DNA of 64,000 nucleotides from Burkholderiales bacterium (lineage in GTDB: Bacteria > Pseudomonadota > Gammaproteobacteria > Burkholderiales > SG8-41). The stretch covers positions 23,076-87,075 of the forward strand of contig JBBQAO010000001.1 in assembly GCA_038316355.1 (NCBI GenBank), given 5' to 3'. Both the position numbers and the translations under genes were made by a program. Below the pieces are notes generated by a model. That model saw only the letters and a program-made list of their open reading frames with translations, searched no databases and was not told the DNA's origin. Of the stretch, positions 52,321 to 59,908 are shown piece after piece; positions within the stretch are counted from its first letter, which is position 1, and each line of letters opens with the position of its first letter.

Positions 52321-52557
52321 CTACTCGGCCGCGCCGAAATTCTTCAGCACGCCGCTTTCCAGGATTTTCACCTGCTGCTGCGCATCCTGCAGCTGGGTCT
52401 GGCACAGCTTGAGCAGTTCCGCGCCGCGTTTGTAGGCCGCGAGCGACTGCTCCAGCGGCATCTGGCCCTCTTCCATGGCTTCAACAATCTTTTCGAGTTC
52501 CGCGAGGGCAGTCTCGAAAGTGGGTGCCGCCGATGAGGATTTTGTGGTTTTGGGCAT
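52321..52557 (-). CDS. xseB: exodeoxyribonuclease VII small subunit
   Basis: FETALAELEKIV..ME.GQMPLEQSL..YKRG. Confidence 0.95.
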   Translation of the reverse strand: MPKTTKSSSAAPTFETALAELEKIVEAMEEGQMPLEQSLAAYKRGAELLKLCQTQLQDAQQQVKILESGVLKNFGAAE

Positions 52558-52658
52558 GAGGGCCGCGACCCCGCAGAAAGGACAGGAAATGTAGCCCAAT
52601 CAGCGGGTTGCGGTCAATGACAGGCCTGCGGCCGTCCGCATCGCGGCGATGCAGCGGA

Positions 52659-53876
52659 TTACCTGTGCAGGATGTCGGATACGGCGCGTGGAATCAGGCT
52701 CGACATGCCCAGCGGTTTCAGCGATGCATCGTCACTGTTAAGGCAGATATCACGCATCGCCAGCAAGGCCTGCGCCGCAACGGTCTCGCTCCAGAACCAT
52801 CGCTCGATGGCTTTGGGCGCGAGATTTCCAGGCTGTGCCGCTGCAGCTTCATAGTAATACGCCTTGATGTCATCACAGGCGCGTTTAACTGCCATGCCGG
52901 CGGACACGCTCGTACCGATGGCCGGCACCGGCCTCGCGTCGAGATACAGTGCGATATGGCGCGCAGCCTCATCCACCGTGCCGCCAAACACACCGACTGT
53001 GGTGCGGCCGCGTCTTTTTCGCGAAAGATCATACCAGGGCATCAGTTGCGCGATTTCCCCGAACATCGCCTGTGCCAGCGCACCTGCCGCCACTTTCGCC
53101 GCAGCGAAACTGACCGGACAGGCAAACCCGCTTTCCTCTTCATCAGCGGCAGGTGCATTCTCGGGAAAATCCTCCAATACCGGACCAGCGCCATGTTCAA
53201 ACAGCGACAGCAGATGCAGCAGCACCTTGCGCTGGAAGTCCGGTTCGTTCGGTGCCCCGAAGGGCCGCCCCAGCATGAACGGCACCCATAATGCCCGCGG
53301 CGGTCTGATCGCCACTGTCTGTTCGCGGATCAGGCTGATCTGTGCGGTGGGTATGCCTTCCCGCTCCAGGTAGTGGCCCAGTGCGCCCACGGCGCACGTG
53401 CAGTTGGGTCAGACGGGCGATAGCAAAACTGCGTCGACCTTGTCCTTTTTCAGCAAACCGGCAAGCTCACGGGCCTTGGACTCGAGCTTGCGGACCGGTG
53501 CAGCACCCATGAACGAGTAGTGAAAATCAGAAACCGAGCCGACGATGCCGCCCGCGCTCAGTTCGTGCAGCCGGTGCAGCGGAAAAGCGACATTGATGTC
53601 TTCCTGAAATCCGGTGCGGTCAAAATTGACCGAGAGGTGACTCATCAGCAATTCTCCGGGGGGAGTGTCGCCGGGGATGACGCGGTAATCCGTCGCCCCG
53701 CTGTCAAAGGGCCGGTCGCTGCGCACATGCACGCCGGCTGTGGTGACAATCGCCACCCGGCGTTCAGGCAGTGGCGGTCCGGATACGAAAGGCGTGGTGC
53801 CAAAGTCCGGCAATTCCGGGATCTTGTCGAGATGGTGGCCTTGTTCGGTTGCGGAAAAATCACTCAGTCGTGCCAT
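52659..53876 (-). CDS. GrdB/PrdB-like selenoprotein, 405 aa, Sec at codon 156 (UGA 53409-53411)
   Basis: ORFs 53409-53876 and 52659-53390 are in frame and join as DAVLLSPV-U-PNCTCAVGALGHYLEREGIPT. Grd/Prd-B motifs VAIVTTAG, D.NV.FPL, YSFMG, PPRAL.VPF.LG.P. SECIS-like hairpin follows the UGA. Confidence 0.88.
53377..53408 (-). promoter_or_regulatory. candidate bacterial SECIS of the GrdB-like gene
   Basis: mRNA UGA-CCCA-ACUGCAC-GUGCGCC-GUG-GGCGCAC-UGGG: 7-bp stem with G-first loop at +19. Confidence 0.7.
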
Positions 53877-53915
53877 GTCATGCCCCTCCCTGGTTGATCA
53901 TCATGCAGATCAGCA

Positions 53916-54530
53916 TCACCGCTGGTGTTTGCCAACGTTCCAGCCACTTTTAGCCAGATGTTTCTCGCCGACATGGATCGGCTCTTCTTCAAGTGGTGTT
54001 GCCATGGTGTCGTTCCAGCGGTTCATGAAACCAAACATGGCAATGACCGCCACGATTTCCACGATCTGCCCTTCGGTCCAGTGCTGCTTCAGTTCGGCAA
54101 ACAGTTCGTCAGTAACCGCGTTCGGCTGTGCCGCCCCTGCGATTGCAATCTCCAGCGCCGCGCGCTCAGCAGCCGAAAACAGCGGGTGTGTACGAAACTC
54201 CCAAACGGCTTCCAGTTTTTTTTCATCAATGCCCAGCCCGAGCGCCGCCCCGGCCGTGTGCGCCATTCAGTAATGGCAGCCGTGCGCCCGACTCGCCACA
54301 TGCGCCAACATGCGCTTGAACGCCACCGTTACTTCACTTTCCGGATCCCAGACTGCTGCAGCGAGCTGCGACAGTGCCTGCACCAGTTTCGGCTTGCGCT
54401 GCATGATCAGCACGCTGTTGGGCACGAAACCCAGCACCCTGACGTAGGTCTGGAACGCGCCCGCCAGCTCGGGCGTGGTTTCCTGCGGCAACGGTGTCAG
54501 TCGCGGATCCGGCTTTTCGCTTTTTTTCAT
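53916..54530 (-). CDS. AhpD/carboxymuconolactone decarboxylase-like selenoprotein, 204 aa, Sec at codon 88 (UGA 54267-54269)
   Basis: ORFs 54267-54530 and 53916-54266 abut in frame as ASRAHG-C-H-Y-U-MAH, aligning with GCRYCTAH of the Cys paralog at 55635-56231. Confidence 0.9.
54234..54256 (-). promoter_or_regulatory. candidate bacterial SECIS of the AhpD-like gene
   Basis: mRNA +11..+33 CGGCCGGGGC-GGC-GCUCGGGCUG can fold (one G.G mismatch) with a G-first loop at +21. Confidence 0.55.
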
Positions 54531-54581
54531 GGCTATGCTGCTCCTGTTTTGAACTATCTGGTTGAATTCGAAGAGATATTT

Positions 54582-55163
54582 TCAGGGGTCGAGACAGCGC
54601 AGCATGATTGCGGCGATATCCTTTAGAGCCGCGCGATCAGGATTCGCTTTGCCGACCAGCCGCAAACCCTGAATTCCGGACACCAGGAAACGGGCGAGCG
54701 ATTCCACGCCCGCATCGGCGGCAATTTCGCCGCGCGCCTGCGCGCGCGTCAGGGCGACGCAAAACGCCCCCTCGATGCGCGCCAGGCTCTGACGGACGCG
54801 GGCCACTGTGGCGCGGTCGCCGGCGAGTTCAGCGGCGCAATTGCCGATGAAACAGCCCGCTCGCCCCGGACCGGCGACAATGCGGTCGATCAACTCACCA
54901 ACAAACCCTGCAAGGGCCTCGCGTATCGGCAGCGGCTTTGCCAGCGCCACTGTGATGCGTGCAACCGCCTCTTGCTCGTAGCGGGCCAGTGAACAATGCA
55001 GCAACGCGCGTTTGCCGCCGAACGCGGCATAGAGGCTGGAGCGGCTCAATCCGGTCGCCGCGCAAAGATCGGCCAGCGAAGTCGCCTGATAGCCTTTGAC
55101 CCAGAAGGCCTGCATCGCGCGCGCGAGCGCGATGTCGGGCTCAAATTCTCGCGGTCGGGCCAT
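54582..55163 (-). CDS. TetR/AcrR family regulator (NemR/ComR-like)
   Basis: MARPREF, GY.ATS, GLSRSSLYAAFGGK, GCFIGN conserved Cys. Confidence 0.92.
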   Translation of the reverse strand: MARPREFEPDIALARAMQAFWVKGYQATSLADLCAATGLSRSSLYAAFGGKRALLHCSLARYEQEAVARITVALAKPLPIREALAGFVGELIDRIVAGPGRAGCFIGNCAAELAGDRATVARVRQSLARIEGAFCVALTRAQARGEIAADAGVESLARFLVSGIQGLRLVGKANPDRAALKDIAAIMLRCLDP

Positions 55164-55618
55164 CAGCGCACGGCTTCGGCCGCAAGTCCTTCAAGGACCT
55201 TCAGCAGATTCGGCACGACCGCACATTCACCCGCGGCATGGCGGGCTGCGAGAAACCGGGGATCGTTGTATCCCAGCCAGACCTGCCCTGTTGCGTCCTG
55301 CCACGCCAGCGCCTTTAGCGGCAGGTCGATCCCGGCCGTCTGCGCGCACTCCATTAACGGCGTGCCACCCTGCGGATTGCCGAACACCAGCAACTCGGTG
55401 GGGCGCAGGTTTTTGCCGATTTTCTGCGCACCGGCGGCATGATCGACCCGCAGGAAAATATTCAATCCCTTGCCCTTCGCCGCGGCCTCAAAACGATCCA
55501 GCGTGTCCTTGACGCCATGGGGACTCTTCACGGCGACCAGACCGTCAGCCGCCAGGCTTGTGACGGCAACAGCCGACAGCAGCAATGCAGCAAGCAATCG
55601 CAAAATGCGCATCATCAT
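55163..55618 (-). CDS. DUF302 family exported protein
   Basis: Signal peptide, VDHAAGA, FGNP.GGTPLM, IDLPLK; stop overlaps the TetR start. Confidence 0.88.
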   Translation of the reverse strand: MMMRILRLLAALLLSAVAVTSLAADGLVAVKSPHGVKDTLDRFEAAAKGKGLNIFLRVDHAAGAQKIGKNLRPTELLVFGNPQGGTPLMECAQTAGIDLPLKALAWQDATGQVWLGYNDPRFLAARHAAGECAVVPNLLKVLEGLAAEAVR

Positions 55619-55634
55619 CTTCTTCTCCAGTTGA

Positions 55635-56231
55635 TTATTTTGCATGCACCCCGGGGGTCCACCCGGATGCCGTGAGATGTTGGCGGGCAAACTCCAGAGG
55701 ATGCTCTTCCAACTGGGTCGCCAGAGTGTCGTTCCAGCGGTTCATCCAGCCAAACATCGAGATCACCGACACGATTTCGATAATGGCGTCTTCCGAGTAA
55801 TGTCTCTTCAACTCATCAAAATGCGCGTCCGTGACTGAAGCCGGAGCACCGCCGGCCGCGACGGCCAGGCTCAGGGCTGCGCGTTCAGCCGGCGTGAACA
55901 GCGGGCTGGACTGGAACTGCCACAAGGCATGCAGCTTCTCATCCGCAACCTTGCCGCGCTCGACAGTGCTCTCGGCATTGTGCGCCGTGCAATAGCGGCA
56001 GCCGGCAGCGTTGCTGACCACTTCGGCGATCATGAAACGCAACGCCGGCGGTATTTCGCCGGCATCCACCATCACCGCATCGCGCAGTTCGCGTACCAGC
56101 CTGAATATGCGCGGCTTGCGAGCCAGAGTCAGCCAGCTGTTGGGCACATAACCGCGTTGCTTGCTGGCTTTTTCGAAGTCAGCGGCGAGTTCCGCCAGAC
56201 GATCCGCGGGCGCGGATGAGATTCGGGACAT
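55635..56231 (-). CDS. AhpD/carboxymuconolactone decarboxylase family protein (Cys form)
   Basis: GYVPNS, GCRYCTAH, F..AERAAL, MNRWNDT; GAGG RBS. Confidence 0.9.
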   Translation of the reverse strand: MSRISSAPADRLAELAADFEKASKQRGYVPNSWLTLARKPRIFRLVRELRDAVMVDAGEIPPALRFMIAEVVSNAAGCRYCTAHNAESTVERGKVADEKLHALWQFQSSPLFTPAERAALSLAVAAGGAPASVTDAHFDELKRHYSEDAIIEIVSVISMFGWMNRWNDTLATQLEEHPLEFARQHLTASGWTPGVHAK

Positions 56232-56350
56232 GGTAATTTCCTCTTGAATGGCGCATCTGCTGTATGGGACCGGGGAATCATCGTTTTCCGGTGACGGGAA
56301 TTGCTGCCGCGCTTAATTGCCGCCGCGCTTGTTTGAACTATTGCCGGATT

Positions 56351-56378
56351 ATTATAGAATGATCATTCCGGAATGCAA
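56351..56378 (-). promoter_or_regulatory. sigma70 promoter with TetR-type palindrome in spacer
   Basis: Minus strand TTGCAT-N16-TATAAT; perfect palindrome GAATGATCATTC at 56357-56368. Confidence 0.7.
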
Positions 56379-56525
56379 GCAGCGAGAGCATCCCGCGTCC
56401 ATGCTGCTGCGCCATGACATCAGCCGAATCATGGTAAAAACAGAGTGCAGTTGTAAGGATTACGGCGCTGCGCCGACCCACGCATCAGGATACGTCCGGA
56501 ATTACACGTTTTCAGGAGTCCATTG

Positions 56526-57491
56526 ATGCACGCCACCCTGCCCCTGATGCAAATCAGCGATTTCCCGGACATCCGCCGCCGCGCGACGGAAACACTGCAG
56601 GTCAATCTCGGCTACAAGTGCAACCAGAGCTGCCTGCATTGCCATGTCAACGCCGGACCCACCCGCACCGAGCTGATGGCGCTGGACACGATCAATGAGG
56701 TCATTGCCTGTCTCCAGTCCACCGCCATCAAAACTCTGGATGTCACCGGCGGCGCGCCGGAATTGAACCCGCATTTCCGCACACTGGTCGAGGCCGCGCG
56801 CAGCCTCGACGTACGGGTGATCGACCGCTGCAACCTGACCATCCTGTTCGAGCCCGGCCATGAGGACCTGGCGCAGTTCCTCGCCGGGCAGCAGGTTGAA
56901 ATCACTGCGTCCCTGCCCTGTTATCTGGAAGACAATGTCGACCGCCAGCGCGGCAAGGGTGTGTTCGGCACCAGCATCCGCGCGTTGCAACTGCTGAACG
57001 GCCTGGGTTACGGCCAGCCCGGCTCCGCGCTCAAGCTGAATCTGGTCTACAACCCGCAGGGCCCCGTGCTGCCCCCGGCACAGCAATCGCTGCAGCGTGA
57101 TTACCAGCAGCGCCTCGCCGACGGTTACGGCATCGTATTCAACGAACTGTTTGTCATCACCAATATGCCGATCCAGCGTTTCGGCAGCACGCTGGTGTCC
57201 AAAGGCCAGTTTGAGCCGTACATGAACCTGCTGAAAAACGCCCACCAGCCAGCCAACCTCGAAACCGTGATGTGCCGCTCGCTGCTGTCGGTGGACTGGC
57301 AGGGTTATGTCTACGACTGTGACTTCAACCAGATGCTCGACCTGCCGCTCGCCTGGAAAAACCGGCCGCGTCCGCACCTGCGTGAACTGATCGGCGCGGA
57401 TCTCGAACGCAATCCCATCGTGGTCAAGGACCACTGCTACGGCTGCACCGCCGGGCAGGGCTCCAGTTGCGGCGGCGCGCTGGGCAACTGA
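56526..57491 (+). CDS. arsS: radical SAM protein ArsS family (radical SAM + Cys-rich DUF3641-like C-terminus)
   Basis: LQVNLGYKCNQSCLHCH (CX3CX2C), TGGAPE, ASLPCY, YDCDFNQ, HCYGCTAGQGSSCGG. Confidence 0.9.
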   Translation: MHATLPLMQISDFPDIRRRATETLQVNLGYKCNQSCLHCHVNAGPTRTELMALDTINEVIACLQSTAIKTLDVTGGAPELNPHFRTLVEAARSLDVRVIDRCNLTILFEPGHEDLAQFLAGQQVEITASLPCYLEDNVDRQRGKGVFGTSIRALQLLNGLGYGQPGSALKLNLVYNPQGPVLPPAQQSLQRDYQQRLADGYGIVFNELFVITNMPIQRFGSTLVSKGQFEPYMNLLKNAHQPANLETVMCRSLLSVDWQGYVYDCDFNQMLDLPLAWKNRPRPHLRELIGADLERNPIVVKDHCYGCTAGQGSSCGGALGN

Positions 57492-57521
57492 CCGACCGGC
57501 ATCACACAGGATCGACTGCAC

Positions 57522-58907
57522 ATGATTGAACCTGCATTCGCGATTTATTTCTGGGGCTTCCTGCTGCTCTACGGCGGCGTAATGTATGCCATCTCGCCGC
57601 ACTCACGCAGTGACGCCAGTTTTTTCGGCGGCAGCGACGACGCGGGACGGCCCGCCACCGAATGGGCGCTGATGTGCAGCATTTTCATAAGTTGGATCTT
57701 TGCGAAATCAGTGACCAATGCCGCCAACCTCGGCGCAGCCTGGGGTGTCGTTGGCGGCCTTGCATACGCCACCTACTGGCTGTCGATTCCGCTGGCCGGG
57801 TTTGTCATTTACTGGCTGCGCACGCGCCACGGCGCCACCGGCCTGGTGCCGTTCCTGATCGGCCGCTACGGCCGGCTCGCCGCACTGGCCTTCACTGCAG
57901 CGATCCTGATTCGCCTCTATAACGAAGTGTGGAGCAACACTGCGGTGGTCGGCGCCTATTACGGCAAGGCCGGTGAATGGACTTTCATTGCCTCCGCGCT
58001 GCTGTTCACTGCAGTGACGCTGGTCTACAGCCTGAAGGGTGGTTTACGCAGCTCCATCGTCACTGACGTGATCCAGGCCGTGCTGTTCGTGATCGTGCTC
58101 GGCATCGTGCTGTTTCTGGTGCTGCCCAAGCACGGCGTCGGCACATTGCTTACCGTCGGCGATTTCCGCTTGAATGCCGGTGTCGATCTGCTGCTGGTGG
58201 CGCTGCTGCAGGTGGTGTCCTACCCCTTCCATGATCCGGTGCTGACTGATCGCGGCTTCATCACCAAAGAAAAAACCATGCTGCGCGCGTTCATCGTGGC
58301 TGGCGCGCTGGGATTCATCTGCATTTTCGCATTCAGTCTGATTGGCGTGCATGCCAAATTCGAAGGCCTGCCCACCGGCGACAACATGCCGGGCGCGGTG
58401 GCACTGGCCTTTGGCACCCTGCCCTATCTGTTGATGACGGTGGTGATGATCATGGCGGCCGGCTCCACGCTGGACTCAACCTTCTCATCGGTCGCCAAAT
58501 CCATCGGCCGCGAACTGCCGATGCTTGCCGGCCGCACACCGGGACCGCGCGCGATGGTCATTGGCATGTGGACCATGCTCGCCTTCGCCATCCTCGGTAA
58601 TGTGCCGATGATCGCCGGCACCGACATCCTGAAAGCCACCACCGTCAGCGGTACGATGGTGATGGGCCTGGCGCCCATATTCCTGCTGGCACCGCTGGTG
58701 AAATATTCGCCGGCGAGCTTCCATTTCGCATTCTGGCCGGGCATTGTGCTCGGCGTATTGCTCGCTGCCAGCCTGATCCCGCAGTCCTGGGCCATCGGCG
58801 ACGGCAAATATGCGCTGCTGCTCGGCGTCAATCTCTACGGCCTGTTGATCTGCATTGCCGGCTTCCTGTTGCCGCTCGCCTGGCAGCGGCTGCGCCCGGC
58901 GCACTGA
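57522..58907 (+). CDS. sodium:solute symporter-like membrane transporter
   Basis: About 13 hydrophobic segments, ISWIFAKS, YSLKGGLRSSIVTD..Q, STLDS. Confidence 0.8.
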   Translation: MIEPAFAIYFWGFLLLYGGVMYAISPHSRSDASFFGGSDDAGRPATEWALMCSIFISWIFAKSVTNAANLGAAWGVVGGLAYATYWLSIPLAGFVIYWLRTRHGATGLVPFLIGRYGRLAALAFTAAILIRLYNEVWSNTAVVGAYYGKAGEWTFIASALLFTAVTLVYSLKGGLRSSIVTDVIQAVLFVIVLGIVLFLVLPKHGVGTLLTVGDFRLNAGVDLLLVALLQVVSYPFHDPVLTDRGFITKEKTMLRAFIVAGALGFICIFAFSLIGVHAKFEGLPTGDNMPGAVALAFGTLPYLLMTVVMIMAAGSTLDSTFSSVAKSIGRELPMLAGRTPGPRAMVIGMWTMLAFAILGNVPMIAGTDILKATTVSGTMVMGLAPIFLLAPLVKYSPASFHFAFWPGIVLGVLLAASLIPQSWAIGDGKYALLLGVNLYGLLICIAGFLLPLAWQRLRPAH

Positions 58908-58915
58908 GCCTGCAC

Positions 58916-59908
58916 GTGCAACCCGGCCGCAGTTGCCCACTGCATTATCGCTACTCGCCGGCGTCGCTGAACCGGCCGCCGGAGATTGTCGCTGACACGC
59001 TGTATGTGATCGGCGGCCTGTATGGCAACTTGCCCGCGCTGCGCGCCGTAGCGGCACTGGCTGCTGCAGAGGCCAACCCGGCAACACTGGTGTTCAACGG
59101 CGATTTCAACTGGTTCAACAGCGACGCCGCCGGTTTTGCGGCAATCAACGAAACGGTGCTGGCGCACCACGCGCTGCGCGGCAATGTTGAAACCGAACTG
59201 GCCGGCGACAACGCTGCGGCGGGTTGCGGCTGCGCTTATCCCGACAGTGTCAGCGATACTGAAGTCGCGCGCTCCAACTCGATGCTCGCGCAATTGCGCG
59301 CAACTGCCTGCGCCTTTCCGGAATTGCGTGCAAGGCTGGCGGCACTGCCGATGAACCTGGTTGCGGAGATCAATGGATTGCGCGTCGCCATCGTGCACGG
59401 TGACTGCGAATCGCTGGCTGGCTGGTCTTATGACGAATCAGCCCTGCGCGATACCGCCGGCATCGCTGCGGTGGCCTCGCATCTCGCCGCCAGCAAAACC
59501 CGCATCATCGCCAGCAGCCATACCTGCCTGCCGGTGGCGCTGCGGCTATCCCGAGCGCAGAGTGACTGCATACTCATCAACAACGGTGCAGCGGGCATGC
59601 CCAACTTCGCCGGCACGCAGTTCGGCGTGATCACCCGTATTGCCACCACACCGACACCATCATCAGCGGCGCTGTACGGCACTGTCGCGGGCGGCGTACA
59701 CGTCGACGCACTGGCCGTGCATTACGATCACGGACAATGGCTGCGTGAATTCACTGCGAACTGGCCGGCGAACAGCGCAGGACACCTCTCCTATCATCAG
59801 CGCATCGCCAGCGGCCCGCGCTACGGCATCAACCAGGCGATGCACAACGGCATCCACATCAACTCCGCGCTGCTGCGGGGATTACGCTCCAACAGGGCCA
59901 TAAAATGA
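58916..59908 (+). CDS. metallophosphoesterase-fold protein with degenerate motifs
   Basis: GGLYGN, NGDF, RGNVE, VHGD, SSHT, plus GCGCAYP insert; GTG start. Confidence 0.65.
   Translation: MQPGRSCPLHYRYSPASLNRPPEIVADTLYVIGGLYGNLPALRAVAALAAAEANPATLVFNGDFNWFNSDAAGFAAINETVLAHHALRGNVETELAGDNAAAGCGCAYPDSVSDTEVARSNSMLAQLRATACAFPELRARLAALPMNLVAEINGLRVAIVHGDCESLAGWSYDESALRDTAGIAAVASHLAASKTRIIASSHTCLPVALRLSRAQSDCILINNGAAGMPNFAGTQFGVITRIATTPTPSSAALYGTVAGGVHVDALAVHYDHGQWLREFTANWPANSAGHLSYHQRIASGPRYGINQAMHNGIHINSALLRGLRSNRAIK

Noticed and set aside
57470-57491. Selenocysteine read-through in ArsS
   Set aside because: The SSCGG motif is encoded by TGC; the terminal TGA lies after the conserved end with no motif beyond it.
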